From positions 15,477 to 79,476 of the forward strand of contig JBBRLX010000018.1 of the NCBI GenBank assembly GCA_038231135.1: a stretch of DNA of 64,000 nt, read 5' to 3'. The notes under the pieces are model-generated. The model saw only the letters and a list, made by a program, of their open reading frames with translations, did no database searches and was not told the origin of the DNA. Below are positions 1 through 8,678 of this stretch, piece by piece. This stretch comes from Candidatus Eiseniibacteriota bacterium (GTDB taxonomy: Bacteria > Eisenbacteria > RBG-16-71-46). The position numbers were made by a program, and so were the translations under genes. How positions within the stretch are numbered: position 1 is the stretch's first letter; the number at the start of each line of letters is the position of its first letter.

Positions 1-30
1 ATTCTCTTCCTTCGGGAACAGCGAGAACAT
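1..30 (-). CDS. N-terminus (partial, runs off the window) of a probable DUF47/PhoU-like phosphate transport regulator
   Basis: Minus strand ATG at 30 gives MFSLFPKEEN, which resembles typical DUF47 N-termini; GAGG upstream. Only 10 codons are visible. Confidence 0.45.
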   Translation of the reverse strand, partial: MFSLFPKEEN

Positions 31-113
31 CGCAGGGCCTCGTTCGGGTGAAGGACGGAAGTACTCGCGAATGTCCGCGGCCGCGGGCGCCGCGCCGGCA
101 CCATAGCACGGGC

Positions 114-458
114 CTAATCATCCTCGGCCGCGCGGCGGCTGCGCTTGAGCGCGGACGCCTGGCGTTTGGCGTCGAGCCGCCGCTCGACGGCGGCGCGCCC
201 CGGACGCGTCGCCACCCGCGGCCTGGGCTTGCGGGCGCGGCGGCGCAATTCCTCCCACACCCGCGTCAGCGCCGCGTCGCGATTACGGCGTTGCGACCTG
301 CTCTCGGTGGCAACGCGCGTGATGCCGGTCGGCCGATGCCGCACGCGCACGCTCGACTCGGTCTTGTTCTTCTTCTGGCCGCCCGGCCCCGAGGACTTGT
401 AGGGCTGGACATCGCAGTCGCGGGCCAGGCGCGCGAGCTGCTCGTCAGTCGGAGTCAT
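114..458 (-). CDS. arfB: ArfB/YaeJ-like peptidyl-tRNA hydrolase (release factor-like, GGQ)
   Basis: SSGPGGQKKNKTESSV, RSQRRNR and basic tail ERRLDAKRQASALKRSR. Start at ATG 458 (alternative GTG 467 overlaps the upstream stop). Confidence 0.8.
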   Translation of the reverse strand: MTPTDEQLARLARDCDVQPYKSSGPGGQKKNKTESSVRVRHRPTGITRVATESRSQRRNRDAALTRVWEELRRRARKPRPRVATRPGRAAVERRLDAKRQASALKRSRRAAEDD

Positions 459-463
459 CGCCG

Positions 464-1588
464 TCACTCCAGCTGTTTGTGGAATCGCAGGGTGCTGAAC
501 GAGAAGAACAGCACGGCGAACCCGGCGAGGGCGAGCGCCTGCGGCCACAGCGCGGCGAGCCCCACGCCCTTGAGCACGATGCTGCGCATGATCTCGAGGT
601 AGTACGTCAGCGGCAGCAGCAGTCCGAGCTGCCGGACGAACGCCGGCATGCCTTCGCGCGGGAACATGAAGCCCGACAGCAGCACGTTGGGCAGCAGGAC
701 CATGAACGAGGTCTGCATCGCCTGCGCCTGCGTGCGGGCCAGCGTCGAGATGAACAGGCCCATGCCGAGGCTCGCCACGACGAACAGGAACGACAGCGCG
801 TAGATCAGCGGCACGCTGCCGCGGATCGGCACGTGGAACAGGAAGTGCCCCACCACGAGCACCGTGGTGATCTGCGCGAACCCCACGATCACGTACGGGG
901 CGATCTTGCCGAGCATGATCTCGCCGGGCTTGAGCGGCGTGACGATGAGCTGCTCGAGCGTGCCGTGCTCGCGCTCGCGCACCACCGCCATGGCGGTCAC
1001 CACGATCAAAATGTTCGACAGGATCATGCCGATGATGCCCGGCACGATGAACAGCGGGCTCGACAGCGCCGGGTTGTACAGCGGCCGCACGCGCACGTCG
1101 ACCGGCAGGCTGCCGACCCCCGCCGCCGGGGAGCGTTGCGCGAGAATGTCGAGGCTGCCGCGCTGGCCGACGAGCTGCGCGGCCCCGATAGCGCTCTCCG
1201 ACGCGGTCGGCGACGTGGCGTCGACGAGCACCTGGACGCTCGCCGAGCGGCCGCGCTTCAGGCGGCGCGCGTAGTCCTCGGGAATCACGATCGCCGCGTG
1301 CACGCGGCCGTAGTCGACGCGGCGCACGGCGTCCGCGTACGACGTCGCGGGGGCGCGCAGCGAGAAGTTGCCCGTGGCCTCGAACCGCTGGATCAACGCG
1401 CGGCTCTCCTGCGTGCGACTCGCGTCGTAGACGGTGGTCGGCAGCAGCTTCACGTCCAGGCGGATGCCGTAGCCGAACAGCAGCAACTGCATCACCGGAA
1501 TGGCCAGCAGCAGCACCAGCGTCGCCCGGTCGCGCCGCATCTGGATGAACTCCTTGAGGAAGATCGCACGCAGGCGCGACAGGTTCAT
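464..1588 (-). CDS. ABC-2 type transporter permease (YbhR/YbhS-like)
   Basis: KEFIQMRRDR N-terminus, VVREREHGTLEQLIVTP motif, LLSGFMFP, multiple TM segments. Confidence 0.93.
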   Translation of the reverse strand: MNLSRLRAIFLKEFIQMRRDRATLVLLLAIPVMQLLLFGYGIRLDVKLLPTTVYDASRTQESRALIQRFEATGNFSLRAPATSYADAVRRVDYGRVHAAIVIPEDYARRLKRGRSASVQVLVDATSPTASESAIGAAQLVGQRGSLDILAQRSPAAGVGSLPVDVRVRPLYNPALSSPLFIVPGIIGMILSNILIVVTAMAVVREREHGTLEQLIVTPLKPGEIMLGKIAPYVIVGFAQITTVLVVGHFLFHVPIRGSVPLIYALSFLFVVASLGMGLFISTLARTQAQAMQTSFMVLLPNVLLSGFMFPREGMPAFVRQLGLLLPLTYYLEIMRSIVLKGVGLAALWPQALALAGFAVLFFSFSTLRFHKQLE

Positions 1589-2328
1589 TCCGCGGTCTCG
1601 TTCTGCAGCGTGACGAAGATGTCCTCGAGCGTCTGGTGGCCGCCGAACTTCGCGCGGACCTCGTCGGGGGTGCCCAGGGCCGTGAGCTTGCCGAGCGACA
1701 GGAACGCCAGCCGGCCGAACCGCTCGGCTTCGTCCATGTAGTGCGTGGTGCAGACGATCGTGGTGCCGTCGGCGGCGAAGCCCCGGATGATCTCCCAGAA
1801 CAACCGCCGCGCGCCCGGGTCCACGCCGGCCGTGGGCTCGTCGAGGAACAGCACCGGCGGCTGGTGCAGCATGGCGCAGGCGAGCGCGAGCCGCTGCTTC
1901 TGCCCGCCCGACATCACGCCGGTGAGCCGGTCGCCGAGCGCGTTGAGGTGCATGCGCTGCCGCGCCCAGGCGATGCGCTCGGGCAGCACGCGACCGAGTC
2001 CGTAGACGCCGCCGTAGAACCGGAGATTCTCATCCACCGTGAGGTCGCCGTAGAGGCCGAACGCCTGCGACATGTACCCGATGCGGTCCTTCACGTGATC
2101 CGGATGCTGCACCACGTCCTCGCCCGCCACGCGCGCGGTGCCCGAGGTGGGCGTCAGGAGCCCGCACAGGATCCGGATCAGCGTGGTCTTGCCGGAACCG
2201 TTGGGGCCGAGGACGCCGAAGATCTCGCCGCCCCGGATGTCGAACGACACGTGATCGACCGCCACGACCGCGCCGAACCGCCGCGTCAGCTCACGGACCT
2301 CGATCGCGTTCGCGTCGCCGCCGGTCAT
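1585..2328 (-). CDS. ABC transporter ATP-binding protein
   Basis: Walker A GPNGSGKT, MSGGQKQR, FLDEPT, TTHYMDEAE. ATG 2328 overlaps the HlyD stop (ATGA). Confidence 0.95.
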   Translation of the reverse strand: MTGGDANAIEVRELTRRFGAVVAVDHVSFDIRGGEIFGVLGPNGSGKTTLIRILCGLLTPTSGTARVAGEDVVQHPDHVKDRIGYMSQAFGLYGDLTVDENLRFYGGVYGLGRVLPERIAWARQRMHLNALGDRLTGVMSGGQKQRLALACAMLHQPPVLFLDEPTAGVDPGARRLFWEIIRGFAADGTTIVCTTHYMDEAERFGRLAFLSLGKLTALGTPDEVRAKFGGHQTLEDIFVTLQNETAE

Positions 2329-3305
2329 CGGCCGGAGTCGAGGATGCGGACCGTCGCCGGCAGTCCGGGCTTGAGCACGCCGCCCGTGGCATCGGCGTCG
2401 ACCTTGACGCCGAACACCAGGTTCGCGCGCTCGTCCTCCGTGAGCGCCGCGCGCGGCGTGAACTCGGCGCGGGTCGAGATCTCGGCCACGCGGCCGCCAA
2501 ACGGACGCTTCACGCCGTCCACGGTGATCTCGGCGCGCGCGCCGAGCCGCACCCGGGGCAGCAGCGGCTCGGCCACGTAACAGCGCACCCACAGCCGCTC
2601 GGGATTGCCGAGCGTCACCACCGGCAGATTCGGCGGGACGAGCTCGCCCGGCTCGAAGTTGCGAAGCAGCACCACCCCCGCGGACGGCGCGGTGAGCACC
2701 AACTCGCCGGCGCGGGCACGGGCCGCCAGCGTCTGCGCGCGCGCCGATTCGACGGCGCGCGCCGCGGCTTCGATCTGCCCCGTGCGCGTGCCGGCTTCGA
2801 GCAGGCGGACCTGGCTGGCCGCGGCGTTGCGGCCAGCCTCGGCGGCATCGCGCGCGCTGCGGGCGCGGTCGAAGTCCGACGCCGACGCCACTTGCTGGTC
2901 GTACAGCGGCTTCACGCGGTCGAAGTCGGTGGTGGCGAACGCGGCCTGGGCGGTGGCGGCGGCCAGCTCCGAGCGCGCGGCGGCGAGTTCCGCGTGGCGC
3001 GGCCCGGCCTTGAGGTCCTCGAGTTGTGCCGCGGCGCGGTCCGCCTGGGCGGACTGTGATTGCAGCTCGGCGGCGATCTCGCCGCGGGACAGCACCGCGA
3101 GCGTGTCGCCGGCATGCACCGAATCGCCCTCGTCGACCCGCAGCTCGAGGATGCGGCCGCCGACCATCGACGCCACGTCGATCTCGGCCATCTCGACGGT
3201 GCCGCTCGCCACGACGCCCGCGGGCCTGCCGGCGCAGGCACCCGCGGCGAGCAGGCTCGCCGCGGCGATCGCGATCCGCGTCACGTTCGTCCTGGCCTTC
3301 GGCAC
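2325..3305 (-). CDS. HlyD-family periplasmic adaptor (YbhG-like), probable lipoprotein
   Basis: SGTVE, GGRILELRVDEGDSV, coiled-coil hairpin, LTAPSAGVV, AEFTPR; LAAGAC lipobox-like. GTG start approximate. Confidence 0.9.
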   Translation of the reverse strand: MPKARTNVTRIAIAAASLLAAGACAGRPAGVVASGTVEMAEIDVASMVGGRILELRVDEGDSVHAGDTLAVLSRGEIAAELQSQSAQADRAAAQLEDLKAGPRHAELAAARSELAAATAQAAFATTDFDRVKPLYDQQVASASDFDRARSARDAAEAGRNAAASQVRLLEAGTRTGQIEAAARAVESARAQTLAARARAGELVLTAPSAGVVLLRNFEPGELVPPNLPVVTLGNPERLWVRCYVAEPLLPRVRLGARAEITVDGVKRPFGGRVAEISTRAEFTPRAALTEDERANLVFGVKVDADATGGVLKPGLPATVRILDSGR

Positions 3306-3328
3306 GAACCCCCCAACGGGTCGATCGA

Positions 3329-4108
3329 TCACGCCGGCTCCTGCAGCACGCGCACGACGACGCCACGCAGCCGGCGAGCGAGCCCGTCCGGGTCTTTGGC
3401 GTCGAGCACGCGGAAATCCGCGGCGCCCGGCGCCGGCAACATCAGCAATTCCGTCCCGTTCCACACCCCGCGCGTCAGCGTGATGCCGGAGTGGGTGCGG
3501 ACTGCCAGCACCGCGTCCGGCGCGGGCGCTGCCGTCGTCCGCGACACGATGGCAACGTGTCCCGGGCGCAGATCGGGAACCCGCCGGGTCGCAGCGGCGG
3601 TCAGAACATACGCGAACGGCCGGCGCCACGCCTCCGATCCGCGTGCGGTGCCGGGGCCCAGCGACAGCACCCGCAGCACTTCGCATTCGGGATGGAGCGC
3701 GTCCCCCGGGTCGGCGCCGGCGGCGATCACCGGCACCCGTAGCCGCAGCGCCGACGGCGCGGCGTCCGTCATCGCGGCCTCCCGCCAGCGGCCCGCGGTG
3801 AACGCGGCCAGCTCGGGATCGGCGAGCAGTTCCCCCGCGGCCCGCAGCACCGACGCCAGATCTCCTCGCTGGAGTGCGCACGCCCACGCGCGAAACAGCC
3901 CGGTATCCTCACCCAGCGCGGCGGCCAGGCGCTCGGCGACGGCTTCGCTCGGGACCCGTTGACCGTTCTCTATATGGAAAACATAGGCGGCCGATCGCAA
4001 TCCCGCTCGGGTTGCGACGTCCCTGAGGCTCAAGCCGCGGTGAACGCGGGCACGGCGGAGTCGGCTCCGGACTGGATCGGGTTGGGGGGGCAGGCGCCTA
4101 GCGGGCAT
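3329..4108 (-). CDS. XRE-family HTH regulator with a degenerate LexA/S24-like C-terminal domain
   Basis: LRRARVHRGLSLRDVA...HIENGQRVPS HTH; C-terminal VPVIAAG, LRPGHVAIV, LRGVVVRV. Confidence 0.75.
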   Translation of the reverse strand: MPARRLPPQPDPVRSRLRRARVHRGLSLRDVATRAGLRSAAYVFHIENGQRVPSEAVAERLAAALGEDTGLFRAWACALQRGDLASVLRAAGELLADPELAAFTAGRWREAAMTDAAPSALRLRVPVIAAGADPGDALHPECEVLRVLSLGPGTARGSEAWRRPFAYVLTAAATRRVPDLRPGHVAIVSRTTAAPAPDAVLAVRTHSGITLTRGVWNGTELLMLPAPGAADFRVLDAKDPDGLARRLRGVVVRVLQEPA

Positions 4109-4187
4109 GGAGGCACCATATGCCCATCTCCCGGTGTTGCGAAGAATATTCTCTGATTAGAGAACGTGTCGCGACACGGTCAGCAGA

Positions 4188-4709
4188 TCAGCGGCCGCCG
4201 TACCGGCGTTTCAACTGGCCCCAGGACCCCTGGATCGTCGGCGTCGGGATGTCGAAGCCCGTAGCGTCGGCGATCGCATCGAGCATGGCCGAGGGGGCGT
4301 CGATCGAGGGCGTGCTCGAACATCCCGAACGCCTCACGACGAACACCGCGACGCCCTCGGAGCGCGAACTGTCGGACGCGACCGCGAAGATGCGCAGCTC
4401 GTAGCGCCCGACCGGCAGGAACGGCGGGACCTCGAAGTCGAACGACCGCTGGCGGAGCTCGGACGGCGCGAGCCGCGTGCGCAGCGTGCGCGGACCGAGC
4501 GTGAGGGAATCGAGCCGCAGCGACACGTACAGCCGCACCCGCAGCGTGTCGGTGCCGTCATTCCATAGCGCCAGCGCGGCATGGCCGCGATCGCAATGGG
4601 CGAGCGTGTCCGGCTGGACGCCGAGCCGCAGGTGAACGGCGGCCTGCGCGCTGCCGGCGACGGCAGCGCCGACCAGCATGGCGAACAGCAGCAGACGGGC
4701 GCGAATCAT
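4188..4709 (-). CDS. Secreted hypothetical protein (Ig-like) with C-terminal SWGQLKRRY motif
   Basis: GGAGA RBS, signal peptide MIRARLLLFAMLVGAAVAGSAQA, beta-rich core, C-terminal TPTIQGSWGQLKRRYGGR. Confidence 0.8.
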   Translation of the reverse strand: MIRARLLLFAMLVGAAVAGSAQAAVHLRLGVQPDTLAHCDRGHAALALWNDGTDTLRVRLYVSLRLDSLTLGPRTLRTRLAPSELRQRSFDFEVPPFLPVGRYELRIFAVASDSSRSEGVAVFVVRRSGCSSTPSIDAPSAMLDAIADATGFDIPTPTIQGSWGQLKRRYGGR

Positions 4710-4846
4710 GGTCGAGACGTCTCCCGGAGATGGTGGATCGCGGAGCCGGCCGCGGTGCGGAGAACCGCGTGGCATAACGGTAGCACCCCGGCGCCGCGGG
4801 TTGCCAGGGCCGTTCGTGGCCCCGCCGCTGTGCTAGCGTGCGGATC

Positions 4847-5857
4847 ATGGCGACGTTGCGGGAGTTGGGGGAGTTCGAAGCCATTCGAAGGATCGTGGCG
4901 GCCCGTCCCCTGGCAGGCCAGGGGGTCCGGGTGAATGCCGGCGACGACGGGGCCGTGCTGCGCCTCGAAGCCGGCCAGGAGCTGGTGGTTACGACCGACG
5001 CCTTCGTCGAGGGCCGCCACTGGCGGAAGTCGCTGATCGACTCGGCCACGCTGGGCGCGCGGCTCGCCGCCGCGAATCTCAGCGACCTGGCCGCGATGGG
5101 GGCGCAACCCCTGTGGGGCCTGGTGTCCTGCGGTATCGGGCGCGATCACGAGTTCGAATCGCTGCTCGCCCTGGACGGCGGCGTCGCCGGAGCGCTCGCG
5201 CGGTTCGGCGCGGCGCTGGTCGGCGGCAACCTGAGCGCCATCGACGGTCCCGAATGGATGAGCTTCACGCTGCTCGGAGCGTGCGCCGCGGGCCATGCCT
5301 GGCAGCGCGGCGGAGCGCGTCCCGGCGATCTGCTCGCGGTGACGGGACACCCCGGGCGCGCGGCGGCGGGCCTGCGGCTGCTCGAACAGGCCGGGAACCC
5401 CGCTACCGCCGGCCTCGAATGCATCGCCGCCTGGCGGACTCCGTTGCCGCGCATGGCGTTCGTGGCCGCGTGCACCTCGGGCGGAGCCCCGAACGTGACC
5501 GCGGCCATCGATCTCTCGGACGGATTCGTCGCCGACCTGGCGCACCTCTGCGCCGCCAGCCGCGTCGGCGCCGAAATCGACGACACAGCGTGGCGCGACC
5601 CCGCGCTCGACCAGGCTGCCGCCACCCTCGCCACCCCCGCGTCGACCCTGCGATACGGCGCCTCGGACGACTACGAGCTGCTACTCGCCATCACCCCCGC
5701 CGCGCGGGAGGCCATGACCGCCGCCGCCGCCCAGACCCACACGCCGCTCACCTTCGTCGGTCACTGCACCACGGAGCACGCCATCCTGCTGCGCGGAGCC
5801 GAAGGGGATCTCAAGCCACTGTCATTGGGTGGCTGGGATCATTTCTCGAGCACGTGA
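4847..5857 (+). CDS. thiL: Thiamine-monophosphate kinase
   Basis: GEFEAIRRI, GDDGAV, TTDAFVEGRH, NLSDLAAMGA, AIDLSDG, DDYELL, GWDHF. Confidence 0.96.
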   Translation: MATLRELGEFEAIRRIVAARPLAGQGVRVNAGDDGAVLRLEAGQELVVTTDAFVEGRHWRKSLIDSATLGARLAAANLSDLAAMGAQPLWGLVSCGIGRDHEFESLLALDGGVAGALARFGAALVGGNLSAIDGPEWMSFTLLGACAAGHAWQRGGARPGDLLAVTGHPGRAAAGLRLLEQAGNPATAGLECIAAWRTPLPRMAFVAACTSGGAPNVTAAIDLSDGFVADLAHLCAASRVGAEIDDTAWRDPALDQAAATLATPASTLRYGASDDYELLLAITPAAREAMTAAAAQTHTPLTFVGHCTTEHAILLRGAEGDLKPLSLGGWDHFSST

Positions 5858-5895
5858 ATCGAATGACACGGCCGCAGGCCGTGTCGACGATTCAC
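5854..5895. terminator. Stem-loop between convergent thiL and ogt (possible terminator)
   Basis: GTGAATCG-aat-GACACGGCC-gca-GGCCGTGTC-ga-CGATTCAC; no clear U-tract. Confidence 0.5.
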
Positions 5896-5908
5896 ATCGT
5901 CCAGGCAC

Positions 5909-5991
5909 TAGCGGGTTCGGAGGACGGCCGAGTGCAAGGCGGCGAGGAGCGACGACCCAACGCAGCAATCGGCCGTCCTCCGAACCCGCTA
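5909..5991. repeat. Palindromic element with perfect 23-bp inverted arms (MITE/REP-like)
   Basis: TAGCGGGTTCGGAGGACGGCCGA (5909-5931) and its exact reverse complement (5969-5991). Confidence 0.8.
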
Positions 5992-6564
5992 CCGGTCGCG
6001 GCGGGAGCCGGAGCGGGAGGAGGATATCGTGAATAAATCTCCGTCCCCGTCCACGCGCCCCTTGAACCGGCTCTCGAGCTGCAGCAGCCACTTCTTGCGT
6101 GGCATGCCGCCGCCATAGCCGGTAAGCGCGCCGTTGGCGCCGACCACGCGGTGGCAGGGCACCACGATCGCGATCGGGTTCTGATTGTTCGCGAGCCCCA
6201 CCGCCCGCGCCGAGCGCGGCTGGCCGATGACCTTGGCGATCGCGCCGTAGCTGCGGGTCTCGCCGTAGGGAATCTCGAGCAGCGCGTTCCACACGGCGGT
6301 CTGGAACGTCGAGCCCACGGGGTCGAGCGGCATCGAGAACGTCTCGAGCGCGCCGCAGAAATACGCCTCGAGCTGTTCGACGACCGGCTTGAGCTCGAGC
6401 AGCGACGGCTCCCAGGTGGCGCCGGGATAGCGCGTGGCGTGGCCCGAGATCATCCGCTTGATGCTCTTGCGGTCCATGAACTCGAGGTGGCGGAGCCCCG
6501 CATCCGACTGGACGAGGAACAGCAACCCGACGGGGGACGTCATGACGTGATAGGCGAAGCGCAT
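5989..6564 (-). CDS. ogt: Methylated-DNA--protein-cysteine S-methyltransferase
   Basis: IPYGETRSY, ARAVG, NPIAIVVPCHRV, GYGGG...K..LL..E. Confidence 0.96.
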   Translation of the reverse strand: MRFAYHVMTSPVGLLFLVQSDAGLRHLEFMDRKSIKRMISGHATRYPGATWEPSLLELKPVVEQLEAYFCGALETFSMPLDPVGSTFQTAVWNALLEIPYGETRSYGAIAKVIGQPRSARAVGLANNQNPIAIVVPCHRVVGANGALTGYGGGMPRKKWLLQLESRFKGRVDGDGDLFTISSSRSGSRRDR

Positions 6565-6634
6565 GACGCGAGGATAAACCAGTGGTTCGGCGTCTCCAAG
6601 CGCCGAACGGCGGGAACGCCCCCGATTTGCCGCG

Positions 6635-7312
6635 TCAGCGACCGATGCGCGGCAGGAATCGACCGGTGCGGGCACGCCAGCGGCGGAACTCATCGCCGAA
6701 CGCACGCTCCAGCAGCACATCCTCGCGGCGCGTGCGGAGTTCGAGCAGCACGGCGAGCGGCAGCAACAGCACGAACCCGAGCGCGCTGCCGAACGCGAGC
6801 ACGGCGCCGAGCGCCAGCAGCAGCGTGCCCAGGTAGCCGGGATGCCGCACGACCGCATAGAGCCCCGTGGTCTCGAGCGCGTGGAGCTTCTGGGTCACGA
6901 GCAGCGGCGAGAACCGCGAGCCGAGCCGCGCCATGGCGCCGATCCGGATCGCGAAGCCGATCGCAGCCACCGCGACGCCCGCCCAGCGCAACGGTAACCC
7001 GCCCGGCAGCAGACCGAGTTGCATGCGCTCGCCCCACGCGGCGACCGGCGGCAGCAGCAGCGGGATCACGAACAGCGCGACGAGCGTGGCGCGCGGCTCG
7101 GGCACCTGGGATACGGGATCGTGGGTGCGCACCGGCCGCAGCAGGCCGAGCGTGAGGCCGCCCAGGAACCACACCGCGAGCAGCGCCAGTGCCTGCGCAT
7201 GATGGAGCAGCGGCAGCGGACCGCCGAGCGCCAGCATCAGCAGGCCCGAGTCCAACGCGGTCACGAGGACGACGCCGCCGATCGTGCGCGCCGCGCGGCC
7301 GCGCGACGTCAC
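6635..7312 (-). CDS. Isoprenylcysteine carboxyl methyltransferase (ICMT/PEMT)-family membrane protein
   Basis: TM helices; LETTGLYAVVRHPGYLG; REDVLLERAFGDEF. Confidence 0.88.
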   Translation of the reverse strand: MTSRGRAARTIGGVVLVTALDSGLLMLALGGPLPLLHHAQALALLAVWFLGGLTLGLLRPVRTHDPVSQVPEPRATLVALFVIPLLLPPVAAWGERMQLGLLPGGLPLRWAGVAVAAIGFAIRIGAMARLGSRFSPLLVTQKLHALETTGLYAVVRHPGYLGTLLLALGAVLAFGSALGFVLLLPLAVLLELRTRREDVLLERAFGDEFRRWRARTGRFLPRIGR

Positions 7313-7313
7313 G

Positions 7314-8678
7314 TCACTGCTCGACGACGAGCTCGTGCGCCTGCCAGTCGATCGATACGCGGCGGTCGCGGAAGAACTCGCCGCCGAGCACCGCGTCGCG
7401 CCGTACGCCGTGCCGCAGGACCTCTGCCGCGTCGATCGCGCCCGACCAGCCCTGGACCTTGTCCTGCGCGACCGGGCCGAGCGTCACCGACGGCACCATC
7501 ACCGGCGTCCACGGCCGTCCCTGCAGCCACTGGCCGGCGCCCTTCGCCATCCGCGACAGCACGCCCGCCTTGAGGCCGAGCTCGTCGAACAGCTCGGACG
7601 TGCCGCCGACGCCGCAGCCCGGCACGCCGGTCTGCACGACCATCGCCATCCGGCGGCCGCCGTTGATCGAGCCATGGACCGTCAGCTCGTTCACGCCCCA
7701 CAGCTCGAACGGCACGCGCGGCGCGCTACGGGCGCCCGGGGCAATGCCCGCCGGGCGCAGCTCGAGCACGTGGTTCGCGTAGTCGAGGGTCGGAGCGAAC
7801 CGGCGCAGCACCTCGATGCCGATCACGCCCGCCACCGGCTCCCCGTACGGGTTCACGCCCAGGCTCCACTTGCGCAGCGGCAGCACGCCCGCGGGCACCC
7901 GCTCGAGCCGCGCAGCGCCGATCTCCAGGCGCTGCGCCATGGCGTTCGTCACCGCCACGCGCGTGCCGCACCAGAACTCGGTGTGCTGCGCGATCAGGCG
8001 GCGGACCTTGCAGCGCCTTACCGTGGACGGATCGAGCAGCATCTCGCCCGCGCCGGTGTCGAGCGCCATCAGCACGCTCTGGCCGTTGAGCTTCACGCGT
8101 ACCAGCGGCACCGGGTAGGCGATCGTCCACGGCACGCGCACGACCTCGGGAAGGTGGGAGAGCTGGTAGGGCGGCGCGTCCGCCTGCGCCCGCAGCAGCT
8201 CGGCGCGGCCGTCGAGCCGGAGCTGGTCGGCGAGCGTGGCGGCGCGGGCGTAGTCGCCGCGGCGCTCCAGCGCGTCGAGCAGGTCCTCGGCCGCGCCGGG
8301 CTCGGCGCCGGCGGCGGTGAGCAGGCTGTCCGCCCGCCCCAGCTGGTCGTGGAACAGGGCGAGCTTGCCGAGTGCCGCCAGCGCCTCCGGGTCGCCGGGC
8401 GCGATCGTCGCCGCGCGGCCGTACACCTGCTCCGCGTCGTCCGCGCGGCCGAGCGCGAACAACTGGGCGCCGAGCGAATCGAAGCGCGCCGCGTCGGTGC
8501 CGTGCCCGACGGTGTCGCGCGCCGCGAGCCGCGCCATCAGCTGGGCGTCGCGATAGCGCGCGTCGGGCTGCATCCAGTCGGCCGTCGCGATCGCTGCGAG
8601 CCCGCCCAGCAGCAGCAGGGCGATCGCGACCGGGATCACACGCCGACGCCGGGCCGCGCGCGCCTGGACCTCCGTCAT
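7314..8678 (-). CDS. Exported TPR-containing retropepsin-like (clan AA) aspartyl protease family protein
   Basis: N-terminal hydrophobic segment, TPR-like helices, LDTGA, GVIGIEVL, second degenerate VQTG and VLGGEFF. ATG 8678 overlaps the upstream stop. Confidence 0.8.
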   Translation of the reverse strand: MTEVQARAARRRRVIPVAIALLLLGGLAAIATADWMQPDARYRDAQLMARLAARDTVGHGTDAARFDSLGAQLFALGRADDAEQVYGRAATIAPGDPEALAALGKLALFHDQLGRADSLLTAAGAEPGAAEDLLDALERRGDYARAATLADQLRLDGRAELLRAQADAPPYQLSHLPEVVRVPWTIAYPVPLVRVKLNGQSVLMALDTGAGEMLLDPSTVRRCKVRRLIAQHTEFWCGTRVAVTNAMAQRLEIGAARLERVPAGVLPLRKWSLGVNPYGEPVAGVIGIEVLRRFAPTLDYANHVLELRPAGIAPGARSAPRVPFELWGVNELTVHGSINGGRRMAMVVQTGVPGCGVGGTSELFDELGLKAGVLSRMAKGAGQWLQGRPWTPVMVPSVTLGPVAQDKVQGWSGAIDAAEVLRHGVRRDAVLGGEFFRDRRVSIDWQAHELVVEQ

